The position numbers and the translations under genes were made by a program. The notes below the pieces were generated by a model that had not been told where the DNA came from, ran no database searches, and worked only from the letters and a program-made list of their open reading frames with translations. From assembly GCF_053078305.1 (NCBI RefSeq), contig NZ_CP166879.1: a DNA stretch of 64,000 bases, one strand, 5' to 3'. Shown here piece after piece: positions 32,386-41,940 of this stretch. Within the stretch, counting starts at the first letter, position 1. Each line of letters starts with the position of its first letter.

Positions 32386-33560
32386 TTTGTGGGTTCCATA
32401 ATATTTTTCATGGGAGGATAAATTGAGCCAGATGGAATGGCCCAGGGAGTGATTTTGCTTTCACCTACTAATATTCCCTTAGCTATTCGTGATTGCATGT
32501 TAGTAAAAACTTTATGATATGGTTCGTTTTCGATTAATACTAAATTTTCGAAATCATTAGTACCACCATCATCTAGAGATAGTTTATGGTGAACATTATA
32601 ATTTAGAGGAACATAGCCCTTTCTCATTCTTAAAAGGTCTTCGGTGTTGAATCTTCCAGATGCTTCGGAGGTTTTTGCAAGTTTGATAAGAAAATTTTTT
32701 CTTACAGTTTTGTTAAACTCCTTTCGTAAGTTAGCTAAGTCTTTTGAAGGTCTCTTAATGTATATTATTTCTATTATGTCTATGCCATCAAGAAGTTTTT
32801 GTTGACCTCTAAGTTTGCCTAAGTAACTATTTATTTCTGTATATGTATCAACTTTAGAACGCTTTGTTAAAAGAATAGATGCTGTTGCTATCGCTATGCC
32901 CGCTGTTTTTTCATTTAGTATTTGATCATAGCCTTTGATTGCATCTCCACCCAGTTTTTCCGCAGTATCTCTGAAACCTTCAATGTTCCCATTGTATACG
33001 CCACCAGCAGCAAGTAGCCTGCCAACAGCTTTGCTGTTTAACGTTTTGAAACGATTATTTGTTTGGTTTTTTGAATTTGGTAAAAACAAACGGTTATAAT
33101 TTTCAGGGAGTGCCAAATAGCTGAACTCGGTATTTGCGATAAGATGTTGACAGAGGATAAATTCATAACTAACAGTTATTGTTTCTGTATCCAGTTGATT
33201 TTCAATGATCTGATGATGAATAGCCGATAAAAAAGCGCCTCTTAGTTGTATATAATAATACTTTTCCCATCTGCCAAATCTATTGATTCTATAAAAGTCA
33301 AATTCCATAAATAATTGCTCATTATTGTTAATGGAATTAATAAGTAATGGAGTGCTTTTATCAATTAATTTACAAAATGTTATACCCTGTAACTGTGAAC
33401 CAAGCCCCGTATTAGTAATGCTATTTGCGAGTGAGAATGTAAATATTTCATTCTCATGCCCGCTCTGCCAGCGATTACCTATAGATTCAGTAGTCCCACA
33501 ACCTGCGGAGATGCTTCCTTGTTGTTCTCCCGTTACTGTCAGGTAAACAATATTACTCAT
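32382..33560 (-). CDS. yhhZ: Orphan T6SS Hcp-family protein with a C-terminal HNH-type nuclease toxin domain (Hcp-ET type)
   Basis: 392 aa. The N-terminal roughly 130 aa resemble Hcp. The C-terminus carries an HNH signature (NYNVHHKLSLDDGGTNDFENLVLIENEPYHKVF). AT-rich composition. Confidence 0.8.
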   Translation of the reverse strand: MSNIVYLTVTGEQQGSISAGCGTTESIGNRWQSGHENEIFTFSLANSITNTGLGSQLQGITFCKLIDKSTPLLINSINNNEQLFMEFDFYRINRFGRWEKYYYIQLRGAFLSAIHHQIIENQLDTETITVSYEFILCQHLIANTEFSYLALPENYNRLFLPNSKNQTNNRFKTLNSKAVGRLLAAGGVYNGNIEGFRDTAEKLGGDAIKGYDQILNEKTAGIAIATASILLTKRSKVDTYTEINSYLGKLRGQQKLLDGIDIIEIIYIKRPSKDLANLRKEFNKTVRKNFLIKLAKTSEASGRFNTEDLLRMRKGYVPLNYNVHHKLSLDDGGTNDFENLVLIENEPYHKVFTNMQSRIAKGILVGESKITPWAIPSGSIYPPMKNIMEPTK

Positions 33561-33796
33561 CCCTGAAAAGTCCTTTTATGGCATGCTATTTTATCAATGG
33601 CACTATTATGCTTGTTAATTGTTATTTATTTACTCCAGGAAATTGTAGGCGTATATATTAAAAAATAAAATATTACACTTTAGGAAGTAATTATGAGGTA
33701 AATCTCAATATATTTATTGGGAAAATAAATATATTAAAGGAAGGTATGCCGATTTTGAATGACACCCTTTTTCCATATCAGAAAAAGGGCACTATA

Positions 33797-34285
33797 TTAC
33801 TTCACCCGCGCCATATAATACGCATCGACATATTCACCATTACGTAATGCGTACTTCTTACCAGTCCCTTCAATTTCAAAGCCGTATTTTTTATAGACCT
33901 TAATTGCTGGCGCGTTATCGACGAACACCGTTAGCTCGATACGAGCTACCCGCAACCAGTTGTCGCACATTTCAATCATCTCTCGCATAAGGGCGCTGGC
34001 GACGCCGCGATTCTTCCAACGGGAGTCGACACAAATACCAAAATCGGCAACATGACTGCGGCGTGGGCGCTGTTGCACGTCAATGGTGAGGTGACCCACG
34101 ACGGTTCCATCAATACAGGCAACTAACTGTTTGATGCCGGGACGATCGGCGAGTCGCTCCTGCCACATATGATCGGAAGGATGAGGCACCTGTAGTGTGT
34201 TGCAATACACCTCCGGCTGGGCGTGAATCTGCCTGATGGCCTCGTAATCGCGCGTTTCAGCATGGCGTATCACTATCTCACTCAT
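33797..34285 (-). CDS. yhhY: GNAT-family N-acetyltransferase
   Basis: Trimmed to MSEIVIRHAETRDYEAIRQIH... giving 162 aa. Acetyl-CoA-binding motif RWKNRGVASALM. Confidence 0.88.
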   Translation of the reverse strand: MSEIVIRHAETRDYEAIRQIHAQPEVYCNTLQVPHPSDHMWQERLADRPGIKQLVACIDGTVVGHLTIDVQQRPRRSHVADFGICVDSRWKNRGVASALMREMIEMCDNWLRVARIELTVFVDNAPAIKVYKKYGFEIEGTGKKYALRNGEYVDAYYMARVK

Positions 34286-34381
34286 TCCTTTGTCCTCTTT
34301 GGGGTAAATGTCCCTTTCAACATCATTGACTTTCGAATGCGAGTCAAATGCATTTTTTTTGCAAAAAGTGTTGGACAAGTG

Positions 34382-34404
34382 CGAATGAGAATGATTATTA
34401 TTGT
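34382..34404 (+). promoter_or_regulatory. Fur box overlapping the ryhB promoter
   Basis: GAATGAGAATGATTATTATTGTC, matching the Fur consensus (GATAATGATAATCATTATC-like), immediately upstream of the ryhB start. Confidence 0.8.
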
Positions 34405-34407
34405 CTC

Positions 34408-34497
34408 GCGATCAGGAAGACCCTCGCGGAGAACCTGAAAGCACGACATTGCTCACATTGCTTCCAGTATTACTTAGCCAGCCGGGTGCTGGCTTTT
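34408..34497 (+). ncRNA. ryhB: Iron-responsive small RNA RyhB
   Basis: GCGATCAGGAAGACCCTCGCGGAGAACCTGAAAGCACGACATTGCTCACATTGCTTCCAGTATTACTTAGCCAGCCGGGTGCTGGCTTTT matches the RyhB sequence as I recall it, ending in its intrinsic terminator hairpin plus U-run. Located between yhhY and yhhX as in K-12. Confidence 0.92.
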
Positions 34498-34619
34498 TTT
34501 TTGATCTTTCGTTCTCAATTTATCCTCGGGAAGTGCTTGTGTTCGTTATGCGCACTCCAGTAGGAACCACGTCCGCTTTGCGCTAAGGTGTAAATAACCA
34601 CCTTAAAAAGGACGAAATC

Positions 34620-35657
34620 ATGGTCATCAACTGCGCCTTTATTGGCTTCGGCAAAAGCACCACCCGTTACCATCTGCCGTATGTACTTAACCGCAAGGAT
34701 AGCTGGCATGTCGCGCATATTTTTCGTCGCCATGCGAAGCCGGAAGAACAGGCTCCCATTTACTCTCATATCCATTTCACCAGCGATCTCGACGAAGTGC
34801 TAAACGATCCCGATGTTAAGCTGGTTGTGGTCTGCACCCACGCGGACAGCCATTTCGAGTACGCGAAACGCGCGCTGGAAGCCGGGAAAAATGTGCTGGT
34901 CGAAAAACCGTTCACTCCGACACTTGCGCAGGCGAAAGAGCTGTTTGCACTGGCGAAAAGCAAAGGGCTGACCGTCACGCCATATCAGAATCGTCGCTTT
35001 GATTCCTGCTTCCTGACAGCGAAAAAAGCGATTGAAAGCGGCAAGCTGGGAGAGATTGTCGAAGTGGAAAGCCATTTTGACTATTACCGCCCGGTCGCAG
35101 AAACCAAACCTGGGTTGCCGCAGGATGGCGCGTTCTATGGCCTTGGTGTGCATACGATGGACCAGATTATTTCTCTGTTCGGTCGCCCGGATCACGTCGC
35201 TTATGACATCCGCAGCCTGCGTAATAAAGCCAATCCTGACGATACTTTCGAAGCGCAACTGTTTTATGGCGATCTAAAAGCCATCGTCAAAACCAGCCAT
35301 CTGGTGAAAATCGATTATCCGAAATTTATCGTTCACGGTAAGAAAGGTTCGTTTATTAAATACGGTATCGACCAGCAGGAAACCAGCCTGAAGGCTAATA
35401 TTATGCCGGGCGAACCGGGATTCGCAGCGGATGATTCGGTCGGTGTGCTGGAGTATGTCAATGACGAGGGCGTGACGGTCAGAGAAGAGATGAAGCCGGA
35501 GATGGGCGATTACGGGCGCGTTTATGATGCGTTGTATCAAACCATCACCCACGGTGCGCCAAATTACGTCAAGGAATCTGAAGTTCTTACCAATCTGGAA
35601 ATCCTTGAACGCGGATTTGAGCAAGCCTCTCCCTCCACCGTGACTCTCGCGAAGTAA
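34620..35657 (+). CDS. yhhX: Gfo/Idh/MocA-family NAD(P)-dependent oxidoreductase
   Basis: 345 aa with N-terminal Rossmann motif (INCAFIGFGKSTTRYHLP). Confidence 0.9.
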   Translation: MVINCAFIGFGKSTTRYHLPYVLNRKDSWHVAHIFRRHAKPEEQAPIYSHIHFTSDLDEVLNDPDVKLVVVCTHADSHFEYAKRALEAGKNVLVEKPFTPTLAQAKELFALAKSKGLTVTPYQNRRFDSCFLTAKKAIESGKLGEIVEVESHFDYYRPVAETKPGLPQDGAFYGLGVHTMDQIISLFGRPDHVAYDIRSLRNKANPDDTFEAQLFYGDLKAIVKTSHLVKIDYPKFIVHGKKGSFIKYGIDQQETSLKANIMPGEPGFAADDSVGVLEYVNDEGVTVREEMKPEMGDYGRVYDALYQTITHGAPNYVKESEVLTNLEILERGFEQASPSTVTLAK

Positions 35658-35779
35658 GTTTGATGGCCCCTCAAATAGTTCAATTTTTTTGAACAGAGGG
35701 GTCAATTTTCACCCTCTATCATCCCAGGCAGATCGGGTCCACACTAAGCCCATCGAAATCATTCAGGGGGCGAATACAA

Positions 35780-36475
35780 ATGATCTACTTACGCAAAGCA
35801 AATGAACGTGGTCATGCAAATCATGGCTGGCTGGACTCCTGGCATACTTTCTCTTTTGCCAACTATTACGATCCGAACTTTATGGGCTTCTCCGCGCTGC
35901 GCGTGATTAACGACGACGTGATTGAAGCAGGGCAGGGCTTCGGCACTCACCCGCATAAAGATATGGAAATTTTGACCTACGTGCTGGAAGGTACTGTTGA
36001 GCACCAGGACAGCATGGGCAATAAAGAGCAGGTTCCGGCGGGTGAGTTCCAGATTATGAGTGCGGGTACGGGTATTCGTCACTCAGAGTACAACCCAAGC
36101 AGCACCGAGCGTCTGCATCTGTATCAGATCTGGATCATGCCTGAAGAAAACGGTATTACGCCGCGTTATGAACAGCGTCGCTTCGATGCAGTGCAGGGCA
36201 AACAACTGGTGCTTTCGCCAGATGCGCGTGATGGTTCATTGAAAGTGCATCAGGATATGGAACTGTACCGCTGGGCGTTGCTGAAAGATGAGCAGTCGGT
36301 GCATCAGATTGCCGCTGAACGCCGCGTCTGGATCCAGGTGGTGAAAGGCAATGTCACCATTAACGGCGTGAAAGCCTCGATCAGCGATGGTCTGGCAATC
36401 TGGGATGAGCAGGCAATCTCCATCCATGCGGATAGCGACAGCGAAGTGTTACTGTTCGATCTGCCGCCGGTTTAA
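35780..36475 (+). CDS. yhhW: Pirin-like cupin (quercetin 2,3-dioxygenase-like)
   Basis: 231 aa with cupin metal-binding His residues (GFGTHPHKDMEILTYVLEG, HSEYN). Confidence 0.9.
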   Translation: MIYLRKANERGHANHGWLDSWHTFSFANYYDPNFMGFSALRVINDDVIEAGQGFGTHPHKDMEILTYVLEGTVEHQDSMGNKEQVPAGEFQIMSAGTGIRHSEYNPSSTERLHLYQIWIMPEENGITPRYEQRRFDAVQGKQLVLSPDARDGSLKVHQDMELYRWALLKDEQSVHQIAAERRVWIQVVKGNVTINGVKASISDGLAIWDEQAISIHADSDSEVLLFDLPPV

Positions 36476-36698
36476 AACTCAACGGCATCTTTGAAGCCTG
36501 CCTTTTTGCAGGCTTCCTCGCTCGCTCCGGTCGCGTGCTGATGTACGCTTCCGGGGTTTTGCCGCGTCGTTAGCACAATGCGATGCAATTGATTTAGTGT
36601 ATATCTAATAATTGTAAACAAGCACTGTTTTCCCCGGGAAGGTTCTGATGCGTCCGTGTTAAACTAAGAGAATCTATCTCTTTTGTACCTTCAGGACG

Positions 36699-37694
36699 AT
36701 GAAAAAGAAAAGACCCGTACTTCAGGATGTGGCTGACCGTGTAGGCGTGACCAAAATGACGGTCAGCCGTTTTTTACGCAACCCGGAGCAGGTTTCCGTC
36801 GCTCTACGCGGCAAGATTGCCGCGGCTCTTGATGAACTGGGCTATATTCCCAATCGTGCGCCCGATATCCTCTCTAACGCCACCAGCCGGGCGATTGGCG
36901 TCCTGTTACCTTCTCTCACCAACCAGGTTTTCGCGGAAGTATTACGCGGAATCGAAAGCGTCACCGACGCGCACGGTTATCAGACCATGCTGGCCCACTA
37001 CGGTTATAAACCGGAAATGGAGCAAGAACGTCTCGAATCAATGCTCTCATGGAATATCGACGGACTTATCCTCACCGAACGTACCCACACGCCGCGCACC
37101 TTAAAGATGATTGAAGTGGCGGGGATTCCCGTGGTGGAACTGATGGACAGCAAGTCGCCATGCCTCGATATTGCCGTCGGTTTTGATAACTTTGAAGCGG
37201 CACGCCAGATGACCGCCGCCATTATTGCTCGCGGGCATCGCCATATTGCCTATCTCGGCGCACGTCTCGACGAACGTACTATCATCAAACAGAAGGGATA
37301 CGAACAGGCGATGCGGGATGCAGGCCTGGTGCCGTATAGCGTGATGGTTGAGCAATCTTCTTCTTACTCTTCCGGTATTGAACTGATTCGCCAGGCGCGG
37401 CGGGAATATCCGCAGCTGGATGGCGTGTTCTGTACTAATGATGATCTGGCGGTCGGCGCGGCGTTTGAATGTCAGCGTCTGGGGTTAAAAGTTCCTGACG
37501 ATATGGCGATTGCCGGTTTCCACGGTCATGACATTGGTCAGGTGATGGAGCCACGACTTGCGAGCGTGCTGACGCCGCGTGAGCGGATGGGCAGTATTGG
37601 CGCTGAACGCCTTCTGGCGCGTATTCGTGGCGAATCTGTGACACCGAAAATGTTAGATTTAGGTTTCACCTTGTCACCGGGCGGATCTATTTAA
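36699..37694 (+). CDS. gntR: LacI-family gluconate repressor
   Basis: 331 aa with N-terminal HTH (LQDVADRVGVTKMTVSRFL) and a periplasmic-binding-fold effector domain. Confidence 0.95.
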   Translation: MKKKRPVLQDVADRVGVTKMTVSRFLRNPEQVSVALRGKIAAALDELGYIPNRAPDILSNATSRAIGVLLPSLTNQVFAEVLRGIESVTDAHGYQTMLAHYGYKPEMEQERLESMLSWNIDGLILTERTHTPRTLKMIEVAGIPVVELMDSKSPCLDIAVGFDNFEAARQMTAAIIARGHRHIAYLGARLDERTIIKQKGYEQAMRDAGLVPYSVMVEQSSSYSSGIELIRQARREYPQLDGVFCTNDDLAVGAAFECQRLGLKVPDDMAIAGFHGHDIGQVMEPRLASVLTPRERMGSIGAERLLARIRGESVTPKMLDLGFTLSPGGSI

Positions 37695-37832
37695 GCCCAC
37701 AAATTTGAAGTAGCTCACACTTATACACTTAAGGCACGGATGGATATTGCTTCTGATATTGTCCGGCCGGAGAATGTTACCGATAACAGTTACCCGTAAC
37801 ATTTTTAATTCTTGTATTGTGGGGGCACCACT

Positions 37833-38360
37833 TTGAGCACGACTAACCATGATCACCACATTTACGTCTTGATGGGCGTATCGGGCAGCGGCAAATCTGC
37901 GGTCGCAAGTGAAGTGGCGCATCAACTTCATGCCGCGTTTCTTGATGGCGATTTCCTCCATCCACGGCGCAATATCGAAAAAATGGCGTCTGGCGAACCG
38001 CTGAATGACAACGATCGCAAACCGTGGTTGCAGGCGCTGAACGACGCCGCGTTTGCTATGCAGCGCACTAATAAAGTGTCGCTGATCGTCTGTTCTGCAT
38101 TGAAAAAACACTATCGCGACTTGCTGCGTGAAGGTAATCCGAATCTCTCTTTCATCTACCTGAAAGGCGATTTTGATGTGATTGAAAGCCGCCTGAAAGC
38201 GCGCAAAGGCCATTTCTTTAAAACCCAAATGTTGGTGACGCAGTTTGAAACGCTGCAGGAGCCGGGTGCGGACGAAACCGATGTACTGGTGGTGGATATC
38301 GATCAACCGCTGGAAGGTGTTGTGGCAAGCACCATTGAGGTTATTAAAAAAGGCAAATAA
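37833..38360 (+). CDS. gntK: Gluconokinase (thermoresistant)
   Basis: P-loop GVSGSGKS. Start set at TTG 37833 (LSTTNHDHH...) for 175 aa; the track's upstream ATG would add 7 residues. Confidence 0.85.
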   Translation: MSTTNHDHHIYVLMGVSGSGKSAVASEVAHQLHAAFLDGDFLHPRRNIEKMASGEPLNDNDRKPWLQALNDAAFAMQRTNKVSLIVCSALKKHYRDLLREGNPNLSFIYLKGDFDVIESRLKARKGHFFKTQMLVTQFETLQEPGADETDVLVVDIDQPLEGVVASTIEVIKKGK

Positions 38361-38363
38361 GTA

Positions 38364-39704
38364 GTGACTACATTAACGCTTGTTTTAACAGCAGTAGGGT
38401 CTGTTTTACTGCTGCTGTTTTTAGTCATGAAGGCGCGTATGCACGCTTTCCTGGCTTTAATGGTGGTGTCCATGGGGGCTGGCCTTTTTTCCGGTATGCC
38501 GCTCGATAAAATCGCAGCGACGATGGAAAAAGGGATGGGAGGCACCCTCGGCTTCCTGGCGGTGGTTGTCGCCCTGGGAGCTATGTTTGGCAAGATCTTA
38601 CATGAAACCGGCGCAGTCGATCAGATTGCCGTCAAAATGCTTAAATCCTTCGGTCACAGCCGCGCGCATTATGCCATCGGCCTTGCGGGGCTGGTCTGTG
38701 CGCTACCGCTGTTCTTTGAAGTGGCGATTGTTCTGCTGATTAGCGTTGCTTTCTCAATGGCGCGCCACACCGGTACGAACCTGGTGAAGCTGGTAATCCC
38801 ATTATTCGCAGGCGTGGCGGCAGCGGCGGCGTTCCTGGTGCCAGGGCCAGCGCCAATGCTGCTGGCATCGCAGATGAACGCCGATTTTGGCTGGATGATC
38901 CTGATTGGCCTGTGTGCGGCAATTCCGGGAATGATTATTGCCGGGCCGCTGTGGGGTAACTTCATCAGCCGTTACGTTGAGCTGCATATTCCTGACGACA
39001 TCAGCGAGCCGCATCTCGGCGAAGGCAAAATGCCGTCCTTCGGATTCAGCCTGTCGCTGATCCTGCTGCCGCTGGTGCTGGTGGGGCTGAAAACCATTGC
39101 CGCGCGTTTTGTGCCGGAAGGCTCTACCGCTTACGAATGGTTCGAGTTTATTGGTCATCCGTTTACCGCGATTCTGGTTGCTTGTCTGGTAGCGATTTAT
39201 GGCCTGGCAATGCGTCAGGGCATGCCAAAAGACAAAGTGATGGAGATTTGCGGTCACGCGCTGCAACCGGCGGGGATCATTCTGCTGGTGATTGGTGCGG
39301 GCGGCGTGTTCAAACAGGTGCTGGTTGACTCTGGCGTAGGTCCGGCACTGGGCGAAGCGTTAACCGGCATGGGCCTGCCGATTGCTATCACCTGCTTCGT
39401 GCTGGCAGCTGCAGTGCGCATCATTCAGGGGTCTGCCACCGTTGCCTGTTTAACGGCGGTGGGGCTGGTGATGCCGGTCATTGAACAACTGAACTACTCC
39501 GGTGCGCAAATGGCGGCGCTGTCGATTTGTATCGCCGGTGGTTCGATTGTTGTCAGCCACGTTAACGACGCCGGTTTCTGGTTGTTCGGTAAATTTACCG
39601 GCGCGACCGAAGCCGAAACGCTGAAAACCTGGACCATGATGGAAACCATCCTCGGCACTGTTGGTGCCATCGTTGGGATGATTGCGTTCCAGCTGTTGAG
39701 TTAA
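38364..39704 (+). CDS. gntU: Low-affinity gluconate:H+ symporter (GntP family)
   Basis: 446-aa polytopic membrane protein with a GTG start immediately after gntK. Confidence 0.93.
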   Translation: MTTLTLVLTAVGSVLLLLFLVMKARMHAFLALMVVSMGAGLFSGMPLDKIAATMEKGMGGTLGFLAVVVALGAMFGKILHETGAVDQIAVKMLKSFGHSRAHYAIGLAGLVCALPLFFEVAIVLLISVAFSMARHTGTNLVKLVIPLFAGVAAAAAFLVPGPAPMLLASQMNADFGWMILIGLCAAIPGMIIAGPLWGNFISRYVELHIPDDISEPHLGEGKMPSFGFSLSLILLPLVLVGLKTIAARFVPEGSTAYEWFEFIGHPFTAILVACLVAIYGLAMRQGMPKDKVMEICGHALQPAGIILLVIGAGGVFKQVLVDSGVGPALGEALTGMGLPIAITCFVLAAAVRIIQGSATVACLTAVGLVMPVIEQLNYSGAQMAALSICIAGGSIVVSHVNDAGFWLFGKFTGATEAETLKTWTMMETILGTVGAIVGMIAFQLLS

Positions 39705-39718
39705 TTACTGCGACAAAT

Positions 39719-39750
39719 TACTGCGAGCTTGCTCGCAGTAATTCATTTCT
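39719..39750 (+). terminator. Terminator after gntU
   Basis: Perfect palindrome ACTGCGAGCTTGCTCGCAGT followed by a T-rich tract. Confidence 0.7.
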
Positions 39751-39843
39751 CTTTTCTCCTCTCTTCATCTTTTTGATCTCTCTCGCAAATTTACCTGCAA
39801 ATAATCCGTTCTAATCACTGCCTAAAGATCGCAGGAGATAAAG

Positions 39844-41940
39844 ATGGAAAAGCACGCAGCTGAATTGCTTTTACAGCGGATGTTAGGAAATACCACCGCT
39901 ACTTTCAGGGAAGGGCAATGGGAAGCCATAGACGCGGTGGTGAACCAACGGCGAAAACTGCTGGTTGTCCAACGCACTGGCTGGGGGAAAAGTGCTGTGT
40001 ACTTCATCGCCAGTAAAATCTTCCGCGATCGCGGCGCTGGCCCGACAATTATCATCTCTCCTTTGCTTGCCCAGATGCGTAACCAGGTTGCCGCCGCTGA
40101 ACGGTTAGGTATTACGGCTGAAACGTTGAATTCTACAAACAGGGAAGAATGGCAGCGCATTAGCGATAAGTTGCTGCAAGGTGCGGTCGATTGCTTGCTG
40201 GTTTCCCCGGAACGTTTGGCAAACCAGGACTTTATCGAAACGGTTTTATATCCTATAGCCGATCGTATTGGCTTGCTTGTGGTCGACGAGGCGCACTGCA
40301 TCTCTGATTGGGGCCACGATTTTCGCCCGGATTACCGACGTATATTAGATATTTTGCGCCAACTACCTGCGAATACCCCTGTTCTGGGTACAACCGCGAC
40401 AGCGAATAACCGTGTCGTTGAGGATATCCGTCAGCAATTGGGTGACATTGTGATTCAGCGTGGAACGCTGGCTCGCGAAAGTTTGGCGCTTGATGCCTTA
40501 GTCTTAGGTGAACAGTCATCCCGTCTGGCATGGTTAGCAACGGTTATCCCTCAGTTTTCCAAATCGGGAATTGTTTATACCCTGACTACTCGCGATGCCG
40601 AACTTGTCGCCGAGTGGTTAAGGAAAAATGGTATCAGTGCATTTGCTTACTACAGCGGCGTGACTTGTGAAGGCGCGGAAGATTCTAATACTGCCAGGGA
40701 ATATCTGGAGCAGGCGTTGCTGGCAAATAAAATTAAAGTGCTGGTTGCGACAACGGCGCTGGGAATGGGCTTTGACAAACCGGATTTGGGGTTTGTTATT
40801 CATTACCAGATGCCAGGTTCGATAGTTGGTTACTACCAACAGGTGGGGCGTGCCGGTCGCGGTATCGATTCTGCTGTTGGCATACTGCTTTGCGGCAGTG
40901 AAGACCGTGCTATTCATAAATTCTTCCGTGAAAGCGCCTTTCCTGCGGAGGCGCAAATTCATGAATTACTCAACGTACTTAGCGTGAATGACGGTCTTAC
41001 CTTACGAGGCATTGAACAACGGACGAATCTCCGTTATGGGCAAATAGAAAAAGCACTGAAATTATTGGTAGCTGAAAATCCATCGCCTGTGGTGTATACC
41101 GAGAAATTATGGCGCAGAACAATTGTCAGTTTTTCTCCTGACCATGAACGAATTAACCATTTGATGAATCAGAGAAAAAGTGAGCTGGCAGACGTTGAAA
41201 GCTATATCACGACCAAGGAGTGCAAAATGCAATTTCTGCGCCGCGCACTCGATGAGCCAGGTGCCGAACATTGTGGTAAATGTAGCAGTTGTCTTCAGCA
41301 TCCGTTGTTGTCGCCCGACATTGATAGCGGCTTACTCCATGCGGCAAACTTATTTATTAAACACGCTGACCTGTCATTAAATCTCAATAAACAGGTGGCA
41401 GCTGGGGCTTTTACGCAATACGGATTTAAAGGGAACTTGCCTGCGATTTTACAAGGATCTACGGGGCGAATCCTTTCTCGTTGGGGAGATTCCGGGTGGG
41501 GAAAGCAGGTAGCACAGGAGAAAAAAACGGGGCGATTCAGTGATGAACTGGTGGAGGCATGTGCGGAAATGGTTCGCCAACGCTGGAATCCGCATCCTGA
41601 ACCAACCTGGGTATGCTGCGTTCCTTCATTACAGCACCTCGACCTGGTTCCTGATTTTGCCCGGCGACTGGCGGCGAAACTTGGCTTACCTTTTATTGAT
41701 GCCATTGAAAAAGTCGTGGACAATCCACCGCAGAAAATGCAGCAAAACCGTTTCCACCAGTGTCAAAATCTCGACGGGGCGTTTGTGATTACCCCTCCTT
41801 TGATGCCTGGTCCGGCGTTGCTGGTTGACGATATCGTGGATTCTGCATGGACGCTGACAGTTCTGACAGCACTGTTACGCCAGGCAGGTTGCCCGACGGT
41901 TTATCCTCTTGCCCTTGCTTCTACCTCGGTAAAAAATTGA
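39844..41940 (+). CDS. RecQ-like superfamily-2 DNA helicase fused to a C-terminal phosphoribosyltransferase (ComF/PRTase-like) domain; accessory relative to K-12
   Basis: 698 aa with RecQ-type motifs in order: FREGQWEAI (motif 0), TGWGKS (Walker A), DEAHCISDWGHDFRPDY (DEAH box), TATA (motif III), VATTALGMGFDKPD (motif V), QQVGRAGRG (motif VI), then a Cys cluster HCGKCSSC. C-terminal PRPP-binding-like motif ALLVDDIVDSAWT. Good SD (AGGAGATAAAG) before the ATG. Confidence 0.8.
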   Translation: MEKHAAELLLQRMLGNTTATFREGQWEAIDAVVNQRRKLLVVQRTGWGKSAVYFIASKIFRDRGAGPTIIISPLLAQMRNQVAAAERLGITAETLNSTNREEWQRISDKLLQGAVDCLLVSPERLANQDFIETVLYPIADRIGLLVVDEAHCISDWGHDFRPDYRRILDILRQLPANTPVLGTTATANNRVVEDIRQQLGDIVIQRGTLARESLALDALVLGEQSSRLAWLATVIPQFSKSGIVYTLTTRDAELVAEWLRKNGISAFAYYSGVTCEGAEDSNTAREYLEQALLANKIKVLVATTALGMGFDKPDLGFVIHYQMPGSIVGYYQQVGRAGRGIDSAVGILLCGSEDRAIHKFFRESAFPAEAQIHELLNVLSVNDGLTLRGIEQRTNLRYGQIEKALKLLVAENPSPVVYTEKLWRRTIVSFSPDHERINHLMNQRKSELADVESYITTKECKMQFLRRALDEPGAEHCGKCSSCLQHPLLSPDIDSGLLHAANLFIKHADLSLNLNKQVAAGAFTQYGFKGNLPAILQGSTGRILSRWGDSGWGKQVAQEKKTGRFSDELVEACAEMVRQRWNPHPEPTWVCCVPSLQHLDLVPDFARRLAAKLGLPFIDAIEKVVDNPPQKMQQNRFHQCQNLDGAFVITPPLMPGPALLVDDIVDSAWTLTVLTALLRQAGCPTVYPLALASTSVKN

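Noticed and set aside
41847-41939. Upstream extension of the DprA-like ORF (track start 41847)
   Set aside because: The extension lies within the helicase/PRTase coding sequence in another frame. The ATG at 41940 overlaps the helicase stop (TGATG) and gives a sensible N-terminus.
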